Part shown: positions 37,090-49,533 of the stretch, piece after piece | Numbering within the stretch: position 1 is the first letter of the stretch | Layout of the letters: every line of letters begins with the position of its first letter | From: Octopus sinensis | Taxonomy: Eukaryota | Assembly (NCBI RefSeq): GCF_006345805.1 | Contig: NW_021833018.1 | Location: 1-64,000 of the forward strand | Reading direction: 5' to 3' | Length of the DNA: 64,000 nucleotides | Position numbers and translations under genes: made by a program | The notes under the pieces: generated by a model | Seen by the model: only the letters and a program-made list of their open reading frames with translations | Database searches by the model: none | Told to the model about the DNA's origin: nothing

Positions 37090-39180
37090 TTGACATTTGC
37101 AAATAACATCGTTGCAGATGTGAAAAAATGGTTGACACCAAAGGTGCCCATCCACTCTCTTGCAAACAAAGCATTGGTTTGGGATTTAACGTGTTGACAC
37201 CAATTCCAAAACAAACACTGTCTCATTGGATGTTTATCTGGGTTCTGCAGTAGATGCTGCAGAACAAAGAAAAATTGCCAAATATAAAAATCTTGGACAA
37301 CGGTATCACGTCATTCCTATGGCTGTAAAAGCATCTGGGGTAACTGGCCCTCTAACGACTTCTTTCATCAAAGAGGTCGGCAGATAAGTTGCTGTGCAAC
37401 GTAGAGAGCTTCGAGGGCTGCAAAAAACGGCTATGCGACAACTCGCCTATAGACGAGTTGTCGCCTAACTCGCCTAAATTTATTTGGCGACAACTCGCCT
37501 ACTTAAAATAAATAAAAAATTTTATTTTTACCAGATTAAATCTAATTAATTAAAATTTCAACAATTTTGTTTACTTTAATCCTTATTATGACTGACTTTG
37601 AACTGCTTAAAAGCCAAAGAGGTGGCAAACTTTTACTACACCGGAACTATTTGTATAATACAGATAGAAAAAAAGACGGTCTTACCTATTGGAGGTGCAG
37701 AAATCGAGAATGCAGGGCGAGGTGCACGGTGGATGCTCAAAACAAGATGGCCCCTTTGAGGATCATGAGATAAAAAGCATGAAACTAGTTTCTGACCTGA
37801 AAGATTCCGCAAAGGCGTCAGAAGACAGAACTATGAATGTGGTGTCAAGAAGCCTCATTGGAGCCAATGTTGACGTCATTAAAATCTTGCCAAAGGAACG
37901 TTCATTGACTCGTCTCGTTCAACGGGAAAGAGAAACACTGATACCAAATTTTGTTCCGACCATTCCTGAAATTCCTGAAAGTTTGTGGTATAATGATCGG
38001 GGCGAAATTTTTTATCGCAAGGATTCTGGAATTAATGATGTAAATCGTTACGTCATTTTTTGTTCGGATTATCAGATTGACATTTTGAAAAAATCAGATA
38101 TCTGGGTTATTGATGGTACCTTTAAAAGCGTCTCTAATCAATTCGAACAAATGATTACAATACAAAGAAAATACTTATGTAAATTCTGGCCTCTTGCGCA
38201 CGCTCTTTTGCTCAACAAAACAGAAAATTCCTACTGTGCATTATTTGAAGAAATAAAGACACTTGTTGTTACTTCATTAGCAAGTATTTTAATTGATTTT
38301 GAAAGGGGTTAATTAACTCCACAAAATCAGTTTTTTCGTCGTCTAATGTATTTGGCTGCAATTTCCATTTCGGCCAAATCATATGGCGGAGAATACAATG
38401 TCTTGGTCTTGTGGGAGCCTACAAAGACGTTTCATCGTGGGAACGAAAATTATTGAGAAAATGCTACCATTTAGCTTTCATCCCTGTGGAAAATGTTTTA
38501 ATGGAATTTGAAAAAATTTCTCTTGATGCGACAAAAAAAGAAAACAACCAACAGATAATGAATTTTTTGGTTTATTTTAAAAACCAATTTATTGCTGACC
38601 CATCTTATGACGTCAGTTTTTGGAGTTGTTTTTATCGAGTATTAAAGTCAATGCCCAGGACGACCAATTCATTGGAAGGTTGGCATAAGCTGTTGAACAG
38701 TTCTTTTAACAGAGTGCACCCAAATTTGGCAGCTTTTGTCAATGTTTTGGCCAGGGAAGAACAAAGACTTTTTGTGAAAATGACACAAATTAAGTCAGGA
38801 AGGTATCTTGAAGTGTCTGCGACAGACTGCAAAAAGGAACTTGAACTGAGAATAGCATGTGAAAATTTTCATGAATTTGAAGTAGATTGCTATTTTAAGC
38901 TAATTGATGGTTTGATTTGCTTTAAAAGTTCAGAATAAACAGTAATTGTTTTAAAATTTTATTTTATTTACCTTTAAAATATTTTTCTTCGTAGACGAGT
39001 TGTCGCCAAAAAAATTTAGGCGAGTTAGGCGACAACTCGTCTATAGGCGAGTTGTCGCTCAACGCCTCTAACGACTTCTTTCATCAAAGAGGTCGGCAGA
39101 TAAGTTGCTGTGCAACGTAGAGAGCTTCGAGGGCTGCAAAAAACAGCTGGGGACCGCATTTGAGAACCGCTTATCTATAA
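37090..39180 (+). mobile_element. CRE-clade retrotransposon 3' fragment (zinc knuckle plus RLE), split by a MULE
   Basis: RCEKMVDTKGAHPLSC, LVWDLTC, AAEQRKIAKY, VIPMAVKASG. Confidence 0.75.
37429..39066 (+). mobile_element. Mutator-like element (FLYWCH plus MULE transposase), decayed
   Basis: TIRs of about 75 bp built on GCGACAACTCGCCTATAGACGAGTTGTCGC. FLYWCH (SQRGG..YLY..YWRC..C) and MULE core (IDGTFK, LIDFE, GCNFHFGQ, RTTNSLEGWH). Confidence 0.92.
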
Positions 39181-39272
39181 TACCTGAATGAATCTACTAA
39201 AAACTCAAAAAAATCTAGAAAGGCCTTATAGAAAAACTTCTTTTTTAAGTCTGCAAGATCAAATGGTTTTTC

Positions 39273-39623
39273 ATGAAGTTGGTAAGCCTCGAGCGCTTTA
39301 ATTTCTCAATTGAAAAGGTCTTGGATGATAGGTTTGCTATATTGATCGACTCTCTCCATCAATTAGAAATCAATATTCATGAGATGAGAGAATGTAATCT
39401 CCTAACAGAGGTTTTCGGAAAACCTTATGTCGAATTACAAATAGATATACGAGAAATAGAATCTATCAGATCTGATACGGTCCAAGTAGCCTATACTCCC
39501 GTTGAAGATTTTACCCTTTACCCTGTTCCAATTTATTCCAACTTTTTTGAGTCCTATCCAGTCTACTCTGCATTATCTGAAACAATAAAAGACAAATACT
39601 GTGCAGGACGATTTTTTCGTTAA
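39273..39623 (+). CDS. Hypothetical 116-aa ORF or terminal exon
   Basis: Open, protein-like composition, no motif recognised. Confidence 0.3.
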   Translation: MKLVSLERFNFSIEKVLDDRFAILIDSLHQLEINIHEMRECNLLTEVFGKPYVELQIDIREIESIRSDTVQVAYTPVEDFTLYPVPIYSNFFESYPVYSALSETIKDKYCAGRFFR

Positions 39624-39829
39624 TTTGATAATTTTATAAATTAATAAATAGCTTACTACAAAATCTGCTTTAAAATCGTACAGGAATAATGAAAATATTT
39701 GCTTAAGAATAGATTCGTTTATTGTTTGAATTGTTAATTTTTTTAAATGTTTAAATGACGCTTTTTGTTAACAATTTAGTCAATTTCGCGTTTAAATCTT
39801 TATGGAGTGTATTTTAGTTTCGATTTCAT

Positions 39830-41482
39830 TTTATTTAAACAAAAATGAAAATATGGAAAAGTAATTCAAATTCTTTTTTTTTGAAATAGCAAATAGTTGT
39901 CTATTTTCGATTGCAATCATAAAAGAACAAAAATTTAAGATATAAAGAAGTTTATTCCGAAACAAAATTTTTATAGTTTTAACGATAGCTAGTCTATTAA
40001 TATCGATCTCGTAAGGGGCCTCATGATTGATCAACATATTCGTCGAACTAATTTGGACCCTGTCGTGCTGTAAAATCCCAACGACAGTATATTCAGTACA
40101 ATCCAAATGTTCGTGGAATGGTCGACGGCGTGTTGTTGTATTCGTATCTGTGTCGGTGTGGATGACCACTTTCGTCCCAGAGGAAAGTCAAGGATATCAT
40201 TCCTCCAATTAGATCGTCTCCTCATGGATTCAGCAGCACTATTAGTATTCCTCCTCGCAATATCTCGTAAATCTTCGGCTGCTGCAGAAGCTACTACAAG
40301 TCGATCCATCTCGTTGTCGTTTGTTTCCACATCAAGTCCATGTAGTTCTTGTTGAATTTGCTCGGTTCTTGGCTCTTCATTGTAGTCAAGTTGATTGATG
40401 GAATCAATATATTCAATGAGTGCCTGAGTATGACCTCGAGCCATTTGTTCTCTAATCCGTGGGCCATACATCAAATGAACAGGAGAAAAGCGCGTTGTAG
40501 AGTGTATCCTTGTATTATATGCGTATGTTATATTTTCGAGGATATCAATCCAACGAAATCCATTCCCGTTGGTTAATAACGTCGAACTGAGCATCCATTT
40601 GAGTGTCTGATTAAGTCGTTCCACTTGACCCTGTATCCAGGGACATCGGGCCCTCCCCCTGACATGGCGAATTCCAAATTCTTCGCACAACTGCGTCATC
40701 CGCGAGTTGCAGAATTCAAGTCCATTGTCGGTATGTATTATGAATACTTCCCCCAAAGAAAGAACAACACTTCGTATCCTCGGTATCACATCAGCCGAGT
40801 TCTTTGATTTCAGTGCTGAAGTCCAACAGTATTTCGTAAACGAGTCCATTATCACCAGCAACCATTTTTCGCCACTATTTTGATCGCTGTAATATCTTAG
40901 GTCCACAAGATCGATAATCAGCCTTTCTCGTGAAAACTTGGCAATTATTGGAGTAATTTGTCTCCTGGTTGCGAGCGTACGACGAGCTATGCAAGTTGTA
41001 CATGCACTTAGAACATGATTCATATGCCAAGTTCTTCATATGATTGAATAATTATCTCGACCTGGATGCCCCGTATCCAGGTGACACAACCGGACATAAT
41101 CATAAAGTTGTTCTTGTTCTTCAACAGTAAAAAATCGGACAAAATGATCAACTCCACGTTTAAACATAAGATTCGGCGGAAAGTGAATAAACTTACTCGC
41201 CCGGAGCCTGAAGGAACGAATTTCATTGGCGGTACTGAGTGTTGACGTAAATTCGCATTGACTAGATAATCAATAATCTGATCCCTTTCATAATTGCACA
41301 TCGATAGATATCCCATGCTCAAATAAAAATTTATTATTTTTTGCAAAAAATAAAAACATTTTCAAAAATAAAAATGATTATTACTAAATAGACATATAAT
41401 TTGCTTAATTTATTTATATTTGAATACTATGCGCTCTATTTACTACGGATCGCTATTCCTGGAATCCCTATTTACTGCGACA
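39830..41482 (-). mobile_element. Second Ginger-like/KRBA2-type rve integrase element, intronless
   Basis: 5' terminus TGTCGCAGTAAATAG at 41482. H2C2 tail CTTC, RERLIIDLVDL, IMDSFTK, HTDNGLEF, QGQVERLNQTLK, YNTRIHSTTRFSP. The 3' TIR was not found. Confidence 0.85.
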
Positions 41483-41538
41483 ATAAGTTTTATTATAATT
41501 AGCTTTTAGCTCTTTTTAAAGAAGGTTTTCTTCTTGAG

Positions 41539-43405
41539 TCAAAAGCTCTTTATTGAGGTAATTGAGTTGAATGTTTTATTTAGCACGAAACCAAGAGAAC
41601 GAAAACAAGTTATGTGGTTAAAGATACGGTCTTTTATGAGACTTGACATTGTTTCTTCGCAGTATTGACCGTTTATTGAGGTAACGAAGAGAATAGCTCC
41701 AGTAAAGGCAATTCCTAAGAAAATTAGAAAGAGGTAAAGAGTAATTGAGATAACAGCTCCTGTTCCAACAAGCTCGATTTGGTCAATTTGAAGCGACGAT
41801 GAACTTGACTTACCCAATCTAGAGCCTTCCATGTCAATCGCTGCTTTTCCTTTGACCTTTGACTCATTTTTAGTCGAATCAAAGAAAGAGTACTTAACGA
41901 CTTTGTTCGTGATATTTTGGAATGCCTCTAAAAGGAAACTCATCATGAGAGAGGTAAGACCTACCTAGTGCATAAATAGATCTAATGTATTTTGAAAAGA
42001 CACCGCAGAAAGAAAACACCTCCAGATATTCCTATAGCTCAAGAAATGATTTGTGGACTAAAATGCCAGTAAAATTTTCTAAAAATGTTTCCCCCAAAAA
42101 AGAATACAGTTATAAGAATTACAACTCCAACAATTGTGGTCACTCGTTCCATAAACATTTGATAATCTGCTTTTGTAGGAAATTACATCTCTGGGTGAGC
42201 TTTTTAAGTCACTTCAGCCATATTAATCGTAATGGCGTATCCGATGACAAGGACAACGATAGCTAGAAAGTACTTTGAAGATAAAATATGCTTGATACTT
42301 TTGCGAAGTGAAAACTCAGTTTTTTGGTGACTGCTTGCTTTGTTACATTTGGATCATAGTAGCGCTTGTCGTTGCGGACATAGCGGTTTATCCTCCAATA
42401 AACAACCATGATCATGATCCTTGCAACAAAAACATATCCTAATAAAGATTGCAGAGTAAAACAGCAGCTTTGGCCTAGAAATTTCTTTCCATAGTAATAA
42501 CTGAGAGGACAGGCTAAGATTGGTGCGAGATCTATTGTTGCAATAAAGAGGGTATAGGTCCTTTTTGCTTCTGTTACTTTGCAGATGTGATTGGCAAATC
42601 CCCAGGAGAGTAGGAAAATACGACCTGTCCCCAAAGCTTCATTGTAACAAATCCGAATAGTGTATTTTACACCAAGATGAGTTGTGAACCAAATTGCTGA
42701 TTTAGTAGAGCTCAAGCACTTATGTTAGGGTACAAGATGAAACTATATATTTGAACAATAGAGAGGAAAATAGAAATAATTCCGTAAAAAAAGTTTAGCA
42801 TTTGAAGAAATTACTAAGCTTAGAATACCCATAGCACAAAGGATCGACGAAAAAAGACAAACTCGCCTTTTAGGATACTAATAACTTCTGCTCCAGAATG
42901 TTCTGCAGCCATTACAATAGGGTCCTTGGAAAGAATTATTGTGGAGTAAACTAGAGAAGCGAGAAATTTAAGAAATAAGAGATGGAACATCTTGTCGTCG
43001 GCTTCAGAGCCGGGCTCCGCAGCCAACCTGGCCGAAACGCTAAAAATCAAGAAATACAGTGCATTATCTCACCGCCACATCTTTGCCCCGATCGCAGTGG
43101 AGACATCGGGAGTCCTCGGCCCCAGAACTAAAAAATTCCTTATTAAACTAGGGGATTTGGCAAGCAGAAGAAGAAATGATCATCGGGAACGGACATGGCT
43201 TTTCCAACGCATATCAATAGCCATCTTGCGTGGGAATTGCCATTCCATCCTATCCTCTGCTGCTAATTAAATATACATAATTATCATAAAAAAAAATTAG
43301 AGATGGAATACTTTTTTAGTTTGAAAAAACAAAATGGCCAGATTTTTTGAACTCAAGAGGACTTATAGGATTCGGTACTATTTATGATCTGTTATTTCAG
43401 GACAT
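41539..43405 (-). pseudogene. Nucleotide transport protein (NTT/Npt/Tlc ADP/ATP translocase family) pseudogene, chlamydial/rickettsial type
   Basis: Colinear motifs: IWP..KLKK, KDPIVMAAEHSGAEVISILK, SKLSN, SWGFANHICKVTEAKRTYTLF, YWRINRYV..DKRYYDP, FQNITNKVVKYSFFDSTK, ESKVKGKAAID.EGSRLGKS. Intronless, with many stops and small deletions. Confidence 0.92.
42988..43298 (+). mobile_element. 5'-truncated CRE-clade retrotransposon inserted in the NTT pseudogene
   Basis: RLE C-terminus (AETLKIKKY..FAPIAVETSG..LFQRISIAILRGN), A-rich tail, and 8-bp TSD AGATGGAA (42980-87, 43299-306). Confidence 0.88.
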
Positions 43406-43453
43406 TATTCTATCTACATACTTAGCAAAAAGTAACACAAACAATGAAAATAC

Positions 43454-43482
43454 AAAAAAAACTCCGAGAATTTACTCGGGGT
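43454..43482 (-). terminator. Bacterial-style intrinsic terminator upstream of NTT
   Basis: Minus strand ACCCCGAG-TAAATT-CTCGGAGT followed by a T7-8 run (one stem mismatch). Confidence 0.45.
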
Positions 43483-43578
43483 CTTAAATCATTTTTGGAA
43501 TTTTGAATTTTATATTCAAAGTTTTAATTTAGACCAGAGGTGTCAAAAATGAAGCCGTCGGAACGTATAGGTGGAGCC

Positions 43579-44010
43579 CCCTTGGCTGGAGACTAAGCTA
43601 TGGATAATGGATTTGGACAGTCGTGAGTTCGATTCCGAAGGAGGCAGTTTTCATCCTGGGGCCAATTCTCGTTATCGTTCCCCTGCCCGTGAGGCAACGA
43701 GTACTTCTGGCATGACACAGTTGGAAACAGGGATCTCTTACCTTCCTTCCGGTCTTAGCGTGGCGTTATGGGGTCCACCATGTCAGTTGGAAAATTCCAT
43801 TCGGATATGGCAACGCTCAGGAGGCACTTAATGCCTACCGAAAAAGGACTTCTAGATCTCAGACCCTGGGACATCGTCGTCTCAGGCCGATCATGCGGGC
43901 AGGATCGAACCTTTTCAGTAGGATCTCCATCGTTCGGATCGGCGATCACGGGGATCATTATAATTAATTGGCTTTACCCGTCTTTGGTCTTTAATAAATA
44001 AATAATAAAT
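43579..44010 (+). mobile_element. Full-length tRNA-headed SINE
   Basis: B-box GTTCGATTC at 43627-35 with a degenerate A-box upstream, (TAAA)n tail, 12-13-bp TSD (T)ATAGGTGGAGCC, and a second partial copy at 27121. Confidence 0.8.
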
Positions 44011-46199
44011 ATAGGTGGAGCCTGCGACCCTCGTGTGGAACAGTAATGTTTAGTCGAGTAAAGCAACTGTGCCGTGCAGTCAGATTTGATGTTTATAAAA
44101 TACAAAAATTATTTCGGGGTGTGACTCAGATTTAATATTAATGAAGAAATTCTCGAACTGGTACCAATGGTCGAAGACTACTAAAAGTAAAAATATCTTT
44201 TTTAAACTACAAAAACTTCTCTTTGTCTAAGATTTGATTCAAAAAAGGTTTTATGTTTGCACACCTATGGTGCTCCGGATATAGCTCGACAACATGCTGG
44301 AGTTGCTGCTAAATTGCGAGTTAAAATAGAAAAGTTAAATCCTAGCTCATTATTTACACATTTTAATTATTCATCACCAAAATTTGTGCTCAAAAATTTT
44401 AAAAATAGAAAATACTATTATTCCGATAACAAAAACAATAAACTTGCAGCTCACCTAAATGATTATTATCAGCGGCTAGAGAGTTTAAATAAGAAGCACG
44501 ATTATTTTACAAATCCCTAAGGTTTATCTAACTTCACTCGTGCTATTGCAACATTAAACCGAGAATTTCACGAAAAATCGGATCACATGTTTTAAAATCT
44601 CAATTGTGTTCTTGTCAAAGGGCATGATTTTGTAGAAAAAATTATCAATGAAGTGGTGTATGATTTCAAAGCTTTATGGGACTACATAGCTGATTCAGTT
44701 CATCAAGAAGTTAAGCCCTAAAAAATTTTCAAAGAAATCGGCCGTATTAAAAAAGACTCTTGAGTAAAAATAGGCTTCATAGCCTGTTTACTATTCTTCT
44801 CTTCAAAAAACAGTTGAAAGGCTTTTTTATTGTTTAAAAGAAGTTAGTTTTATAAAAGGTGATTAGAGAAGTTGTGTAAGAAAAGGCACTAAAATGCACG
44901 TGTGCTGTTCAAAAGTGCCAGAATTTTGTTTATTTTTTGTTGTATTTTTTCCACTATTAATTGTGCGTGGGAAGATGCTCAAAGAAAGTGATTTTGGAGA
45001 AAAGGTATGATGAGTCTGATGATCAGGAAATCAGTACATATGAAGATATGATTTTGGATTGTAAGAAAGATGGTATTTTCACTATTAGCCTGCCAAAAAA
45101 TTTCCTGCTGAAGGAATGACATGCATTGTGATCGTTGCTGGTCTCATTAGTTGTATGAACTGATGATTCATCTTGTCTACGAGGAGGTGGGTGAGCTTAT
45201 TGCATGCCCCTCAAAAAATAATTTTTCATTTCTCTTTCATATATGCCTAGCAATAAAAAAATAATTAAAAAATCGATAATGCGAGACATTTTCAATCAAA
45301 ATGGTCTGAATCTTTTACATTCACGTCTAATTCAGAACAAATACCAAAATGCCTTATTTGCCAGGAAACTTTAAATCAAAACAAAAAGTCAAATTTAGAG
45401 AGACACTTAAACACAAAACACTCAAATTTCGTAAAAAATATCCAATTGGTGATTCGCGAAAGAAAGCTGTCGATGTCGTTTATCAAGGCATGTTTCATTA
45501 AATCCTATGAAGAACTTTTTCACGATTTTTTAAATAAGGCAGAAATCGTGAATAAGATAATAAATATACCTTTATCTGTAAAAATAGTAGCTGACAAGAC
45601 TTTTAAGATGTCTTCAAATGTGTTTGTTCAACAAGTTCCTGACATGAAATTGGATAATTGAATTTTAATAAATGTGGAGAAGCGCAAAATAGCGCAATAA
45701 AAGACATATAATAACAGTAACATATACATTTTTAAAATTTTCATTAAAAGATAGAATGAAATTCAATAAATAAAGATAAAAAGGAAAATAATGTTTCACA
45801 AATTTCAACATAAATCAAATAAACAGATTAAAGGAATAAATAATAAGATTTCAAATAATTTAATCATTAAAAGAAACTACATCTCGAAATATCCTTCCTA
45901 AATCTAATTTCATAAAAAATTAAAAGAGGGTTAATTATAAAAACAGCACTACAAAATGAATCAACTGAATAATTTATTAGGTTTGCCATTAAAGATTAGG
46001 ATGATTACTACACAATTTTGAATGTCAGTAGTTTATACCCTTGTCAGCTATCAGTATTTCTATTTGAATTGATGTGGTGGAAACGTAAAATTCGGTCGAT
46101 CAGGCCTTTTTGAGAGTTTATCACAATTTCTATAAGCGCGATTATGTTACTCATATCCACCTCGTTATCCTGGACTTTCTTATCCGTATTTATTGTTGT

Positions 46200-47375
46200 G
46201 TCAATACGAATCTTCACAGAGTAATTCGCACTCACTGACTAAAAAGAATAGATTTTCAATTCTGCACAGGCAAGGGTGGGGGTGGCAGATGTCCAAGAGC
46301 TCGTTAAGTTCAAGAGAGGAAAGAAGAACTGAGCATACGGAATTCCTTGAAGCCGACGCGGAAGAAAGATAACAGGGCAAGGCCAGATTCGCACAAGAGC
46401 GGATCCCGATCCTCCCGAAACAAGTGGGTAGGCTGGCACAGGTAAAACCGTCACCAGTTATCCTCGAATTGACATAGAATGTTAAGGATTCGTGGACGAG
46501 ATTGTCGATTCTGAATAATGAATTAGGGGCAACGAAACACGGGGAAGACCTGAGAAGATAGGTCAGTCTGGGGACGAAAACGAAGTTCTTCAATAGGAAA
46601 AATACTAGTTGTGAGCCGACCCCACGGATCCGATCAGTAAGCATTTTAATTTCGATAAGGATTTTGTTATGCCATCGGCGGAGATTGGAAAGCCCAATAT
46701 AACTAGATCGCTGGTTGGCGTAAGCCTTAACCCATCGATCGGGCTGCTGAGAGAGAAAAATGTGCGGGAGAGAGCGACGGGGGCAAGGGAAATATTGGCA
46801 AGTTCGCATTTGCCGCCGTTTAAGGATAGACCGATCTTGGAGAATCCAGAAGTGTTTCTCTTTATGTCCTCTATAACGATCTCTGTAGGTCCACCAATCG
46901 TCACGTAATCCAAGTACCACAAGTTAACACTGTACGAACGCGGGGATGGGTGGGCTTTAAACCATCTATCCCGCCGCTGCTGCCAGGCGAAAAAACCTCA
47001 GAGCAGTCAAGACCTCAGACGAGGTGATCGGGGTGGGCGGAGCCGGATCCAACGAAGTTGCACGGAGGTCAACAGGGGGGTGTTTGTTGTGGAGTTGATT
47101 TAAAACTGCATTAAACCAAGGAGCCACAGAGGAGTTCGACGAAATTACGCGCACAGCTCCAGAGATATCGCCGAGAATGATTATTTGGGTAAACCAAGGG
47201 AACTCGGGCTCTTCCAGCAATGGATAATAACCGAGCTGGCACTGGAGATTCCGACGCAGGATAGGTGGAAGTACAGATCGCAAGAAGAGCACAAGCAGCC
47301 CTTTTTTGCGGGAATTGGGTAATTTACATAAGTTGTCATGTGAGAGAGGAAAGAAGAACTGAGCATACAACAATA
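46200..47375 (-). mobile_element. CRE-clade retrotransposon, internally deleted
   Basis: Cys-rich start (CSSCDLYFHLSC), LGDISGAVR, WYLD RT motif, LNGGKCE, VPRLTYLLRSSPC, ASLP..GIRS..LALPCYLSS. Confidence 0.8.
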
Positions 47376-47572
47376 CAATGAGCCGAGATAAGAAAAAGAA
47401 AGATTGGTAATCTCCAAGTTTCGAAAGATTAACAGAATAATGAAAAGAAGGAACGAAATGATAGCAATAACAACAATGATTCCAAATATTGAATAGATTT
47501 TCCTTAGTGCCTGAATGTTTGTATTTTTTTGGCTAATTTGAACCTTCATATAGGCTCACATATTAACCAATT

Positions 47573-47790
47573 CTAACTTTTAATATGTTTTTCGCGAAAA
47601 TATTGAATAATCATTTTTGATGTATGGCTGGGGGCGTTGTCATGCTGAAAAATATAGTTTAATAAACACCATTTTTGTGCAGAATGTGGAAAATTATTAG
47701 TCAAAATAGATTGATATTTTGCAGAATTAAACGTCTTGTCTATAAATACCAAATCGCCTACTACACGATAAAAAAACAACTCCACACCGT
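47573..47790 (-). mobile_element. Tc1 DDE fragment
   Basis: GDLVFID..NSAKYQSIL..IFQHDNAPSHTSK. Confidence 0.75.
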
Positions 47791-47859
47791 GATATTTCCT
47801 AATTTTGTATTAAATCACAATTTATCTTTTCTAAAATTGACAGTTGGAGTAACAGGAAG

Positions 47860-49233
47860 GATTGAACAACCAAATTTTTTGTCGAGTGGTGTATTCGACA
47901 ATTAAGCAATAGAGAGGGCAATACACTCGAACTGCAGGGAAAATCTGTGCAGGAAATACCTAAGAAAAAAGAAAGGTACTTTTGTCGAAGTGTCGCAGTT
48001 TTTTTAGAAGATAATTAAAATTAATTAATTTTTTAGTGAAAAATAGATTATTTAATTTATAACCCTCTATCAATAATTTAAATGGTTATTAAAATTATTT
48101 AAAATTTATTTAACCAATTTAGTCATTTTTAGTACGCGGCATCCAAATTCCAGGACTGTAGAAGGAATTTATGTCTTTTACAATCTGTGCAAAAGATTCC
48201 TTATAGTTCTGTATTTGTTTTCGCCACATAAATTCTGAAAAAATAACTAACTAAAAAACCTGCGAAATAAGATCCCAGATGATGTCTTACAGCTCCTCTT
48301 TGAGCTTTATTCTTGCATTTTGCACTTCCCCACATTCGTTCTACTGTCTGGGTGTGCACTCCCGTCGATGGATCCACAAAAATTCTGAATATATTATATT
48401 TCCTTACTTATGGTTAACGGTTCGTGTGTGTAGCCGTTTTCAACCAATTGATCAGTTGAATACCCTAAATGTTAATCAAATAATGCGGCAATCTACAATT
48501 CTCTAACCAGGTATCTAGAATTATTTGAGAGAAATTATACCTTTTTTAATAGAACATTGGACTCTACAACCAACTCTTGAGCATTTCCAATTGAGCTTCG
48601 GTCCCAGACTAATTCCATCTGATGTCCCTTCGGACATATACGTGATTTTGAAAGGATATCCACATTTTGCAGAAAATGCACTGCATCCTCCTTACTTATT
48701 GGGAGCTGTCGGAATTTGATGTTGCATAAGTCCACAACAGAATTTTCCATGTGACCTATAGTGCCAGTTTATATCAATATTAGGTACATGCTCGCCATAA
48801 TATTAAAAAAAATAGAAAATAAATTAGTAAAAAATTTAATAATATTTTAAATTATTGATAGAGCGACTTAAATAAAATATAATATATTCCACCTCAAAAA
48901 TTATTAGATTTTTTAAAAGGCCTAAAAAAACTGCGACCACTTCGACAAAAGTACCAAAAGAAACGTAAACTTGACCACGTTCACCCATATCCTGGTCATG
49001 GAAGTGTGCATCACGTACCTAGGTCGTTTGCAGACAGTAAAAGTACAGAAAAAAAGTATGAAAGTATCTCATTTGATGCTTGCCTATTTAGTCCTCTCCT
49101 AACATTTAGTCAGCGAGAGGCGCTGGAATGCACTTTCTCGAAGGTCTACAATGCCAGAGAAAAGGAGGAAGAAAAGAAGGCGATGCGTGGAGTGCCATCC
49201 TCTGTTCATTTTGAGGGGTCTAGACTTAGTTAG
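47860..49233 (+). pseudogene. Unidentified ORF interrupted by Merlin copy 2
   Basis: Removing the element and one TSD restores IERAIHSNCRENLCRKYLRKKK|RKLDHVHPYPGHGSVHHVPRS..SRLS*. Confidence 0.4.
47975..48955 (-). mobile_element. Non-autonomous Merlin element, copy 2 (longer)
   Basis: Same TIRs as copy 1 and a perfect 8-bp TSD AAAAGAAA (47967-74, 48956-63). It retains the extra N-terminal CPKGH zinc-finger segment that copy 1 lacks. Confidence 0.92.
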
Positions 49234-49533
49234 TCAATTAATTAGTTAATTCTTTTCTCTCTATAAATAAAGTTTAGATTTTGATGTCACTCTAATACAC
49301 ATCACGAGAATAAAAACACTCATAAATTACTCACGTGTACAGAACGACCTATGAAATGTGCGTTTAAAATAGCTTTACCAAATTATGTAGAAATCTAATA
49401 ATTATGAAATAATTTTTTCGGGAGCAATCAAACAAATCTCTCCGCAAATGAATGATTTTGCATTAACTTTTTTTATTTTTAAAACTGATTAAAAAAGTTT
49501 AAACAAAAAATCACAGACAAAAATCAAAAGCAA

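Noticed and set aside
42263-42715. GPCR-like TM5/ICL3 fragment
   Set aside because: WGFAN..EAKR and the flanking KGKAAID and SGAEV motifs identify it as part of the NTT pseudogene.
44023-44760. ORF 44257..44520 and neighbours as a host or bacterial gene
   Set aside because: TYGAPDIARQHAGVAAKL weakly resembles a hAT DGA motif and the rest is unassignable. Left for a database search.
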